From: the human T2T-CHM13v2.0 reference genome, Homo sapiens
Strand: one strand, 5' to 3'
Length of the DNA: 64,000 bases
Assembly: GCF_009914755.1 (NCBI RefSeq)
Contig: NC_060926.1
Shown: one piece after another, positions 1-12,787 of the stretch
How positions within the stretch are numbered: the first letter of the stretch is position 1
Layout of the letters: the number at the start of each line of letters is the position of its first letter
The notes under the pieces: generated by a model
What the model was told of the DNA's origin: nothing
The model's database searches: none
The model's input: the letters and a program-made list of their open reading frames with translations, nothing else
Position numbers and translations under genes: made by a program

Positions 1-360
1 GAAGGGAAGCTGAAAAGGGGACAGAGAGGGAAAATAATCTTCCTGGCCAGACTCCTCTCTGAAGCTATGCTGTCAAGCTGTCCCTCTGAAGTCAAGCCAC
101 TTCTCTCTGACACCCAACTGTAGTCTCCAGTGTCCAGCTGCTTCTCCTTTCTCTGCCAGCTGATCCTGGGTTTTTTGGGGGGACAGAATGGGAGAGGGTT
201 GGGCCAGGATGGTTTTGAAAAATTCAACATTTGAGCAGAAAAACAGGGATGTAAGTTCTCATTTTGGGGTGTGATCTCAGGCTTTTCACCTTGAGGGTAG
301 GGCCCTCACTAGGGAACTGCCCCTTTCTGCCCAGAATTTCCCTGCTTCCTGTGCCTATCA
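1..360 (-). mobile_element. ERV1 LTR of the LTR1/LTR27/LTR28 group, running off the window start
   Basis: The reverse complement from 360 reads TGATAGGCACAGGAAGCAGGGAAATTCTGGGCAGAAAGGGGCAGTTCCCTAGTGAGGGCCCTACCCTCAAG, matching the recalled 5' end of this LTR group. Confidence 0.65.
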
Positions 361-1346
361 AGGGCATCTGGAGTCATCAGAAAAGGCTTCTGCAACCTGC
401 GTACAACATACAGCAATATTTCTTAATTTCTTTGACTCCTGTATACTGTTAGAACCTTTTAGCTATTTCAAGCCAAACTTGGCAAAAATAAATCAAGAAA
501 ACAGCAAGACAATGGTTGCTGCCCTTTTATAACAGAGTATTGGCCCACATATTTTAGGATTGTACAATTTGTTTTTCAATATTACAATGAGAAAATAAAC
601 TACAGTATCAGTTAAAGATTTCACCTCAGGAAATTAAAATATCAGCTGTCATAAATACATAATGTCATCACAAAACAAATACTCCATTCCAAACAACATT
701 TCCATGTCAAGTTCAATTTGTACCTTCCACTTACCTTAGGCTAATAAAGAAGGACTTTCTCTGGGAACCGCTATGTACTATGCAATTATGTCATAAAATG
801 AGTACCCTGTCTGTAATCAAATCACATTTTCCTCACATCTGAAGTTGACAGGTAACCCATTGATTATACCTATGTACTCTTATTGCAACGCAAACTTCTG
901 TCACCATGGCTACCACAGGTCAGGCTAGAATGCCTAGGTGGTACTAATACTAGAAATGGCTGGCGTTTCGTGAGCACCTGCAAGGTATTAGACTCTGCAG
1001 TAGGCGGCTTTTCAACATTTGTAATTAACCTTACAAATTTAGAATTGTTTTTGCAGTACGTACATAAGAAAATTAAAACTTGGGAAGGTAAAATAATTGG
1101 CCAAGAATAGACAGCTATTAGATGGCAACATTGGAATTGAAATGCAAATCTTATTTCCAAATCTAGGGAATTTCTGCCATAACTATTGCATATAAAGGCA
1201 GGTAACAGAATCATTGGAAGTAGAATAGGTGGAAATGGCCTTATTTTATGCTCCAAATATTATGGCATTCCTTTTTGGTAAGTCATTTCAAGGCTGACAC
1301 TTCTATTATTATTATTTTATTGTTAACAAGTCTTATAATATTGCTA

Positions 1347-2620
<1,274 letters not shown>

Positions 2621-3626
2621 GAAAATATAGGTAGGATAACATGTTCATTTAGTTTAAATATATTTGAATATATTAAACTTATGGTGCTTGTTTGATATCC
2701 ATTTTATCTTTCCTAATCCATTGGCAAGAAAACTGCAAGCAAGCAACAGCCAGGTACACTGAGAGGGTATTGCCTTTTGACAGTACTCTATGTAAACACA
2801 GAAATTCTATGGTAGCCTTTTAAAATGTCTTTTGAGAATCAGAGTGAATCACTGTAAAGGGATAACCTTAATCACTTTTTAGAGCTGCCAGCTGGAATCT
2901 TAACTGGAAATTCTGCAGGAAGACAATGACTGACTGCTAATGCTTTCAGTTGTTGATGACCTAAAAAAAATTGCTGTATCACTCATTCTTAAAAGATTAT
3001 TATTATAACTGTATTGTTTTAGTGGTGTGAAGGTACATTTCCTATTTCTTGTGATTTATAGCTCTGTATTCCCATTAATGTAGCCATTTTCCACAGGCAA
3101 CTGTGCAATGAAAAGGAAAGGATTAAATCAACATTGATTCTTATTCACATGAGGTAACTTTTATCTGTGCAGATAATAATTCCTTTTTTTTGGTAATTAT
3201 TTTACTTGCTTGCTTCTATATTGTTACATAATAGGCTGATGATTTCCAATTATATTTCCCATTATACACTACAGGCAACTGTCCAGGGTAGAGCGAGTGA
3301 TTCATTAAAAACAAAAATGCAATGCACACGTGTAAAATTATAATGTGGCTATAAATTAAATTATCAAAATTTGAAATCATAGAAATCTGGATGTTTATCT
3401 CTGACTACTTTGCAATTTACTTTGAAAATATAGGATTTTTTGATAGTAATAAAAATATGAACTAGAGTTGCATTTTTTTGAATTGGCAGAGCACAGAATG
3501 TACACCATTCTATAAATAGTTCCTAAACATTGGATTAAACATAAATAAATAAAATTTTTAAAATTATAACTGTTTTATAGCATGCATACACACTAAATCT
3601 TTTAAGCCTATATTTTAATATAGCAA

Positions 3627-3651
3627 ATATATATATATATATATATATATA
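3627..3651. repeat. (AT)n microsatellite
   Basis: Direct reading of an AT dinucleotide run. Confidence 0.9.
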
Positions 3652-5274
3652 GGGGCTTTATAAATATAGTTTTAAAATGTTAAGGCCTGTTCAACTCTAT
3701 GTAAGAACAATTTTATCTTATTTGAAATATATTTACAGGACAGCTTTGGCCCTTTTGAGCTCAAAAAATTAACATTTCCAATTTAAATACTTTTTGTGTT
3801 TTTTCATCACAGCAAAAACATATCTAGTCATCAACTTTTCTTACTGACTCATGACATGGTTTCATTAACAAGTTCATTTGAAGGTCATAGATGTTTTGCT
3901 TTCCAAATATTTCAGTCTCATTGACTGTACATTTTAACAGAAGTTTAAGGTGACATGAAAAAAATTTTATATAAACTTCAGTCAATTTTACATGGCAGAA
4001 AATATATGTTATATTAAATATAATGGCTTAATGTTTACCATGTTTTATTCTGTACATTCATGTGAAATATCACATTTCAGATAGTATTATTAAAACATTC
4101 TCTTAAAAATAGAAAACCTAGATAGCACATGTGATATGCAATATTCATCTTGAAAAAGATATGTGAGTGACTTTTGATTGGGTTACTGTCTCAGTAGCAG
4201 AATGACTATTATGTGTACAACACAACACTTAATTAACATTCTACTGTGGTAAATGAACACAATCCTCCTAAAAATTACCTTCAGGGATTTAAAGCACATG
4301 GTCTTTATGATTTCTGGGTCACAGACTCCTTAAAGGAGCATTTCTGACAATGCTATTCCCAGATATAGGCACCACCTTATGTACAATGGCAAAGATTTCA
4401 AGACCACCTGGGGACTGTATATCATCATGATGAATATTTATGTGCCTGAATGAAAAGAACAGACATCTCTTGGGTGCTTTTAGCTTTTGAGCCTATGAAT
4501 CACATTTGGGGGCAACCGCAATATATTATGCCATGGATAGTCTCAACTACAAAAGGCAAAAGAGTCTCCTGCAAAATAGAAGCAAACTGAAAGTACTTTC
4601 TGCCTCATAGGATTGGTTATATTCAGACTCCTTCTTCCTCAACTTTTATTTCTCCATGCCAACCTTCTGGAAACGTTACAGGAGAAATAGCCCTTTTGTT
4701 TGCAAAAGGTGTGACAGGTTTTCTAGGTTACTTGATGATAGCGCGCTTTAGTTATGTCACTCTCCCAAGACAAATTGAGCTTTATTTTTATCTTAGAAAA
4801 AAGAAAGGAAGGGGAAATAGTGTGTTGTCATCAAATGACATAATAATTTTTATTTAGATTAGCAAAAAACCCACATTGAAATGAGAAAATAAGAGCTTAT
4901 TTTTATATTTTCACCCAAAGTTGTGCTTAACATTCTTTAAAGCAATATAAATACATTTTGTAAGGATATGCAGTTACATTAATAAGATTAGTTTCATTGT
5001 TTCTAGCATCATTTTTAAGGTAACCAAGTCAAATGCCTTAATTTAAATATCTTTATCAATCAATAAGGTATGAAGAGCAAGACTTTATCTGGTAACTGCT
5101 TCCCTAAATTAGTTAAGATGATTTTGCAACTGCTAATTAAGGCCACAGAATGTGCCAGAAAATGTGATATTCTTCCAGCCTTCAGAGAATTTAATCCTAT
5201 GTTTAGCTAAAATATGCACATATTAATAATTACTAAAGTACAAAACAGTAAATCCACTACTTATGGATTTACTG

Positions 5275-5380
5275 TTACTTATGAGACCCACATATAAAGT
5301 GAGGGTCTCATCTTACTTATGAGACCCACACATAAAGTGAGGGTCTCATCTTACTTATGAGACCCACACATAAAGTGAGG
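5275..5380. repeat. 38-bp tandem repeat (about 2.8 copies) with an internal 9-bp inverted repeat
   Basis: Unit TTACTTATGAGACCCACA(T/C)ATAAAGTGAGGGTCTCATC at 5275-5312 and 5313-5350, partial copy at 5351-5380. Confidence 0.95.
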
Positions 5381-6283
5381 TGAATTCCTAAATATTAGTT
5401 TGTTATTGCTGGTTGGAGAAATAAAAAATAACAATTAAAGAAATGTGTATGTGTGTGATTTATACGTGTTTTAATATGTGAGCTACTTTGTACTTGGAAT
5501 AATTTCTTTGTTAAAAAATCAGGGAAAAATATTTCAATGTATTGTAAAACAGTAAGTGTGGGTTAATAAATTTTATATATCCTTCCCATTACATTGACTC
5601 TGTACTTTCTGGATTTTTAACTGAGGTCTATGAGTGTTCTTCAGAGTAAATTCTCTGATATTTTAATTAAAAATGTATGTGCATATGAATGTATATGTTA
5701 TTTTTCTGGAAAAAAGCTAGCTTTCATTAGCTTGTAAACAGTATCTGTGACCCAGAAAATGTCAGGAGGTTGGTACATTACCTGTCCTAATTCTAATTAT
5801 TCATTGTAAACTTTAAAACAATGACTCTGAACCATTGATACAATTATTTATTCCCAGAGAGTTAGCATGAGATAATAGACTAATTAAAATCTCTTTTTGC
5901 TGGAATCGAATTACTGAAATGTTCAATGTAGAAAACAAACATTAGCCTACAGCAACCTGAAAACAAAGTATTTCATGAACTGAATAATGTAAAAGAAGAG
6001 AAATATAAGTCAAATATGATGAAATTCATTTAAAGTGGTGCTTTCCATGAGGAGAACCTTATCATACATGAACACAATTTCAAAATATTTCATGCAATTT
6101 CTATTTCTATTGGAATTATCTTTCTGCACACTTTAGATAATGTGCCAATTAGTTAACCAGTATCATCTAGGAGGAAGTTAAGTGTGAAATTATTGGAGAT
6201 AATTTATTATGTAGAATATGTTCTTGTTGTATTATTAAAATATGCAAATAAAACTATGTTTTTAAATAATGATGACATATATT

Positions 6284-6466
6284 TATGGTTTCCAGATATG
6301 TTATAGGATGCCAAGCTAAGTGTGAATTTCAAATAATGAATAATTTTTAGCATAACTATGTCCCAAATATTGTATGGAACATACTTATCCTAAAAAAAGT
6401 CATTCATCTGAAGTTGAAATTTAACAAAGCATGCTATACCTTTATTTGCTAAATATGACAATCCTA
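6284..6466. mobile_element. MER53 palindromic hAT MITE
   Basis: Matches the recalled MER53 core (TATGTCCCAAATATTGTATGGAACATACTTA) with degenerate TIRs. An 8-bp TSD CATATAT(T/C) lies at 6276-6283 and 6467-6474. Confidence 0.8.
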
Positions 6467-6854
6467 CATATATCAAATATTAAAAATTTCAGAAGCAACA
6501 GAAAACAGCAAAACTTGCACTAAATTTTCAGATAGGCAGTTTAAGAAAGAAATTCTCTTGAGAATCAGTAGTATCTGATCAAAACATAAAAATAAATGCT
6601 TTCTAGCTCTTCAACTGAATAACAGATTAATATACAGAATTAAAAAGTCATTATAAAATTAAATTTTAAATAAAGGAATGTACTATTATCTTTGATTATC
6701 ACATTTAATAAAGACTCTGTATCTTTTATATTATTAAAAAAATGCCCTCTACAAATGAAATAGTTTCCAGGATTGGAGTGACTGTATCAAGAAATGCTTA
6801 CAGTGGGCAGAATGTATAAAACAATGACTGAAGTGTTGGAGCACAAAAAGTTAT

Positions 6855-7251
6855 TGATATGATTTGGTTCTGTGTTCCCACCCAAATCTCATGTTGAATT
6901 GTAATTCCCAATGTCGGAGGTAGAACGGGGTGGGAGGTGATTGGATCATGGGGGTGGTTTCTAATGGTTCAGCACCATCCCTCCAGTACTGTCTTGTGAT
7001 AATAGTGTTCTCACGAGATCTGATTGTTTAAAAAGTGTGTGGCACCTTCCCATTCACTTTCTCTCTTGCCAGCCATGTGAAGACCATGATTGCTTTCCCT
7101 TCAGCCTTCCACCTTTGTAAGTTTCCTGAGGCCTCCCCAGAAGCAGAATCCTGCATAGTCTGCAGAACTGTGAGCCAATTAAAACTTTTTTCTTTATAAA
7201 TTACTCTGGCCCATGTATGTCTTTAGAGCAGTATGAGAATGGACTAATACA
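6855..7251 (+). mobile_element. MaLR solo LTR (MSTA/MSTB-like)
   Basis: Begins TGATATGATTTGG..CCCACCCAAATCTCATGTTGAATTGTAAT and ends GGACTAATACA. Flanks GTTAT/GTTAG resemble a 5-bp TSD. Confidence 0.88.
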
Positions 7252-8077
7252 GTTAGTTATTAAACATGAATTTACCATCCTGTAGTCATAGGAGAAACTA
7301 TCTTGTAGTCATAGGAGAGTAGTCATAGAATGGTCCTGATGTATGTATGTAGAGAAAGAAGAGAAAATACATTGGAGGAAGAAATGTTGAAGGGCACTTG
7401 AAAATTGAAAAAGGATAAAGGGCAAAAGATAACCTTGGTGGTGAAAGGGCAAGGTAAAATCAGAAGTAGATGTGAATGGAAGCAAAGAGTTAAACTAGCA
7501 AGTTGGATTGAGACTATTTTATTTGGAAAAGAAAAATAAATGTAATTTATAGAGTTTGTCCAAGTTGAAAAGCCAGTTGAGAAAGGCAGGCTAAAAGGTG
7601 AGTGAGGGGAGGAGGAAATATCCACGCAGATCCCAGATAAGTTGTATAAGTTAGCAACAAAATGTATAATTGCAAGTCATACAGTCAAAGATACAGTTGT
7701 TAGGAGGTAGATTCTGAATGAGTGATGTGATGAGCTGAATGTATCATACACAGTGTCAGTTGTTGGAAATAGTTTAGTATGTCTATGTGAATATAATGAC
7801 TAGTGCTTGCTATTTGTGTTTATCAAATAATATTGTTTATTGGAAAATGTAATGATATGAGAGTTGTCTAAATGGCATTTGCTTACTCTCTTGCACATTG
7901 TTTGGGTAAAAGAAGGGGTGAAGCAGTTTCACATCATTACATAGCATGTGGAATGGAAAAATGTTCAACATATATTAGTCGAATGAATAGATGAATGAGA
8001 GAAAACAAACTCAGAGGTATTCACAAATATTGTACTGAAGCAACTTCTTTTCCCAAATAGTTAAAGAACTTGTTCTT

Positions 8078-8381
8078 TGGCTGGAAGGTAGGAGAAAGAG
8101 GAGGATACAGAGAGATTTGTTAAAGGATATAAAATTAGAGCTAGATAAAAAAGGTAAGTTATAGTGTTCTATAGCACTGTAGGATGACTATATTTAACAA
8201 TAATACATAGTTTCAAATAGGTAAAAGAAGGATATGAAATGTTCTGAACACAGAGAAGAGATAAAATATTTGAGATAATGTACATGGTAATGATACTGAT
8301 CTAATCACTATACATTATGTATATCAAAACATCACTATGTACCCCATAAATATGTAAAACTAGTATATGTCAATTAAAAAT
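8078..8381 (+). mobile_element. L1MA-type 3' UTR fragment
   Basis: Contains TAGTGTTCTATAGCACTGTAGGATGACTATA and ACATCACTATGTACCCCATAAATATG, typical of L1MA 3' ends. Confidence 0.75.
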
Positions 8382-8411
8382 TGGTCAGATGCCAAATAAG
8401 GACTTGTTGTT

Positions 8412-8497
8412 ATATTTAATAATCTAAATTATTAAAAGATAATATTTAATAATCTAAATTATTAAAAGATAATATTTAATAATCTATAGTATTAAAA
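8412..8497. repeat. 30-bp AT-rich tandem repeat (about 2.8 copies)
   Basis: Unit ATATTTAATAATCTAAATTATTAAAAGATA at 8412-8441 and 8442-8471, then a variant copy. Confidence 0.9.
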
Positions 8498-9403
8498 TGG
8501 ATCTGCTTTAGTCAGTAAGAAAAATTAGTTGTTTTTAAAAAGAAAAAGTCTCTGCTCCTTGATATCAATTTCAAGATTCAGTGCCAATACTCATGAATAG
8601 AAATAGAGATATATAAACTAAGTAGATATTCAATATAGCTAGAGCATTTTTGCAAATCACATTCAAATGGTAAAATATGGTTAAGCTCTTTTAAATTCTA
8701 TGGGAAATAAAACTTTTTTAAAATAAAGAAGTTTGTTATAATTTTCAAAAGAATGAAGAGGCATATAGAAACCCATACTGAGGCAATTATGAAGAAAATA
8801 CAAATCATTTAGAATTAATATGTTCTTGAAGCGCTCATAATATTTTGAAGTCCGAGAATAAATGCCCTTCTATTCAGATTCCTAGAGCTTCACAGCTGGT
8901 TGTAACACATATTCATTTAAATTAGTTTTTAAAGATATTTTAATCTTTTTTAAGAAGTTAATTTTAATCTTTTTTTAAAAAGTTTCTATTAGGATTGCTG
9001 CAATTCTAATTTAATTAATTTATACTGAAAACTGATTTATAAGAAAAAAATTAAGATACAAGGAGATATAACTTTATGCCCTCTAGACAGGGAAAAATTT
9101 AAGAAATCTGACTATCAAATGTTGGAGAGTGTGTGTGGATCAAATTTGCTGTTAAGAGTCAAAATTTGTCTAACTATTTTCAAAACAATTGAACACTTTG
9201 TTGTACAAATATCTTTTGGACCCATGATTTCTAAAAAAATCTTCGTTCAAGTGCACCTAAAGACAAAAATACAAGACTATTTTAGCAGTACAGTTTGCAA
9301 ATGGAAAACACTGGAAGCAAACCTAATACACTGACAGAAAATTAACTTAAAGATTGTAATGTTTTCACAAAATGATGCACTTCACAAGATTAATGAACTA
9401 TAG

Positions 9404-9807
9404 TGTCATGAATGTGATGTGCCACCACAACCCCACTTTGTACCAAGACAATCAGTTTCAGCTGCCAGCAGTATTTTCTGCTGATAGTTAATAGCTAATT
9501 GCTCTTGGGGAATTACCTTTGGTCAAAGATAGCTGCTTCATGTATGGGCAGTCCACATCTAAGAGGTCACAAAGTCTGGCCACCTTACTTCTATTTGGGA
9601 CTTTTCTGAAGGGTGCCCCAGCTTCAGAGCCTCCCTTGGATTTAGCAAAGTTCTCTCTTGCAACTGCACTGTAGTTCATTGTCTCCTTTACCCAATCCTC
9701 CTTTCCTCATCCCTTATAGATGTGGTTCCTGAGAGCACTTGCCAATAAATCACCTTCACACAAGTTTTGTTTCAGACTCTGTTTTCTAGGAGTCTGAACT
9801 AAGGCAG
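9404..9807 (+). mobile_element. LTR16-family LTR (ERVL/HERV16)
   Basis: The 3' part has CCTGAGAGCACTTGCCAATAAATCACC..CAGACTCTGTTTTCTAGGAGTCTGAACTAAGGCA, resembling the recalled LTR16 end. Confidence 0.7.
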
Positions 9808-10840
9808 ATGATATGAAGAGTAGTGTTAGAAACAGATTCTAAATGGAAATTTTGTAGCTGGGTCACCAGTTGGCTACTGGCGATGAAGACCTCATCAATG
9901 ACAAAAACATTCCATGTGTATTAATCCAAGTCATAAATTTTTTGGAGACATAATACTATGTGAACATCTAGAGGAAACTTCCACAGGTGTTGCTACTTTT
10001 CAGATATCCTAATAATCTTTTCCATCTCTTTCTTCTTTTTAACTATAATGTCTATTTTACAATATAAGTGGGCATTGGCAAAATTTATAGAATTGGTATA
10101 ATTGCCAGATTTATTGCTTATACTAGATAGAATGGAAAACTTCAGCTTAGACAGTGGCTATAACTTTACCTGGCCTGTCTTTTAACCTCTAGGAGAAAGA
10201 ATGATTGCTTTGTTTACAAGATTTACCTTTGTTATGTCTTTTCTATAACAATGTGAATGCAGGATAGAACAATTATTCCATCAACTATAATTCAAACAGT
10301 TATATAGAACAATTATTTTATCAACATATACAGTCAAATCCATTAAATGATGCTTCTTGGTTTAATTATATGGAAAGAAGTACTGCATCAATGACACTAG
10401 ATGGAGTATTTATAGCACCAGGTATGATGTAGTAGAATAATTGCTAAATTTTGCTGGTTGTGAACAGAAAACAGTGTAAGTGATATACTACAAATGCAGT
10501 ATCTCAATATTGGAAAGGTTTAGGGGAAATAGTAATTGTAAGGACTATGAAATCAGATGGCTATTGAGATTGGGAGGGCTTGGGGAAAATCAATGCATGG
10601 GAAAAAGCACATTTATGGTCTGGCCCTAGGGCTATTTTACCTTGATTTCCTCTCTGTCAGATACAATTTGGAGGAAACTGGTCATTCTGCAGAATATCAC
10701 ATTGACCCATTGTACCAATATAATGATGTTGATGATCATGTTAATCAATACGTCACAAATACTTTGGTAAGACACTTATAGTCAAGAGGATGGTAAGCTT
10801 TATGAAGATGTAGGGGCCTGTCACAATCGTGAAACTTAAC
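9808..10840 (+). mobile_element. Degraded HERV16/ERVL internal sequence, interrupted by a non-viral insert at 9904-10385
   Basis: The post-LTR sequence (..GGCGATGAAGACCTCATCA) resembles the HERV16-int start. An RT-like stretch (CAGAATATCACATTGACCCATT..GGTAAGACAC) lies near 10690-10780. Confidence 0.55.
9901..10376 (+). repeat. Copy 1 of a ~476-bp local direct duplication
   Basis: Aligns by eye along its whole length to 12306-12787. Confidence 0.97.
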
Positions 10841-10899
10841 AAGGTTGGGAGAAGAAGTCCAACAGTCTGCAGGATTCAAGGCCATCCTGGAAAAGACAC

Positions 10900-11400
10900 T
10901 TCTTTATTTAAGTTATTTGAACCACTCCTCCAGAATATCAATGGGCCTCTTTTTCTGGGGTACTTGTATAAGAGAATAGTTAGTACAACAAACCATAGTC
11001 CTTACCACTGCAGCTATTTTGAAGCTAGAACTGCTACTCTTGTTTTCTCCTATTTTATGCATTCTACATTACCTTCACCATCAGCTACGAACTGATCAGC
11101 TGGCCTTAGTGTCTTAGCTAAGGGTGTCAAGTCCTCACCACTGAGGAGTCTGAGCCCCTAGTCACTATACACTTCCAGCTACTAACTACAATTGTAATTT
11201 ACAGTCAAACATGGGCAAAGAAATAAGTGGCACCCAAGTAAGTCATCTAGCCAACATTTTTTTTTTTCAGACCCACATTTTGAAAAGGAGTCCTACTTCT
11301 TCCTGATGATCAGGGTAGCTAACTCTTCCAAGATGGTGATGTCAAAAGGACACACCAGGATGAAGGGGTGCCCCACTGGCCACATCTGGCACAACTTTAG
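10900..11400 (-). mobile_element. Old ERVL internal (3' pol/dUTPase region) fragment, antisense
   Basis: Resembles the recalled antisense ERVL-int 3' region (CTTCTTCCTGATGATCAGGGT.., GTCTGAGCCCCTAGTCAC). It is highly diverged. Confidence 0.45.
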
Positions 11401-12305
11401 TATCATAGGAAATAATGATACTAACTGATTTTAGTTCAATAAGAATTCATGAATCAATATAGAAATCAAACAGAAAGAGAGAAAAAATATTTAAAATGAC
11501 TTAAAATGTTAATGATTGAGGAACTGTTGTATAGTGGTATATGGGAATTCTTTGGACTAATCTTGCAATTTGTCTGTATATTTAAAATTATTTAAAATAA
11601 GATATTAAAAGGCTAACCTTTTAAAAGTGAGACATGGAAGTTTCAAAACTAAGATTCAAAACAACAAACTGAAATAAGTTAGATCTGAGTTGTCTAGAAA
11701 AACACATAAGCCGGGTTCTTACTGACTTTTCAATGAACTTCAAAACAGGAACAGACATTTTGGTTGCCTATTGATAAATAGAATTATGATGATCTGTGGT
11801 TTGAATTTACTTATAGTCTCATTTTGGGGTTCTTGTTTCTAACTTATTTACAACTTTGTAAACTCACCATGATTCATGACTTCTGATTCATATTGCCTAG
11901 TTTATGAGACTGCATTGAATTCAGAATGCGTGCTTTGATGCCAAATTTATTTTACTAGTTTCTTATTGAATATTTAGGACTATTGAATTACTTTAAGGAA
12001 AAAAATAAATATAAACAACTATCAGGGGATACAAATGTCTTAGATGAAAATTGTCTAAAGAATTTAGAATTTTGTAGAGAAATTTGTTTAAACAAAACTA
12101 TCAGCTTCATGAAATAATACACTTTAAAATAACAAATATAGAGTACCAGAAGAGTTATCACTTTTAGACTCTGAAGTGATTCTGATTATGTCAAATCAGC
12201 TATGTAGTAATTAAAGAAAAAAACTTAAATGTCATAAATTATACTACTGCTATGTTAGTAAGATACGCCTAACAAGTTACTCAAATCGTATTGCAGTCTG
12301 CAAGC

Positions 12306-12787
12306 ACAGAAACCATTCCATGTGTATTCATCCAAGTCATAAATTTTTTGGAAACATAATACTATGCAAACATCCATAGGAAACTTTTCCACAGGTGTTG
12401 CTACATATTATCAGAGACCCCAATAATCTTCTCCTTCTTTTTCTTCTTTTTAACTATAATGTCTATTTTACAATATAAGTGGGTATTGGCAAAATTTATA
12501 GAATTGGTATAATTGCCAGATTTATTGCTTATGCTAGATAGAATGAAAAACTTCAGCTTTGTCAGTGGCTATAACTTAACCTGGCCTGTCTTTTAACCTC
12601 TAGGAGAAAGAGTGATTGCTTTGTTTACAAGATTTACCTTTGTTATGTCTTTTCTGTAACAATGTGAATGCAGGATAGAACAATTATTCCATCAACTATA
12701 ATTCAAACAGTTATATAGAACAATTATTTTATCAACATATACAGTCAAATCCATTAAATGATGCTTCTTGATTTAATTATATGGAAA
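12306..12787 (+). repeat. Copy 2 (probable donor) of the ~476-bp local direct duplication
   Basis: Aligns to 9901-10376 and sits in non-viral flanks. Confidence 0.97.

Noticed and set aside
870-1256. 128-aa minus-strand ORF in unique sequence
   Set aside because: No recognisable domain and no supporting exon structure. The length is compatible with chance.
5275-5380. CRISPR-like array (palindromic ~38-bp repeats)
   Set aside because: The units are contiguous with no unique spacers, there are no cas genes, and the context is primate genomic DNA.
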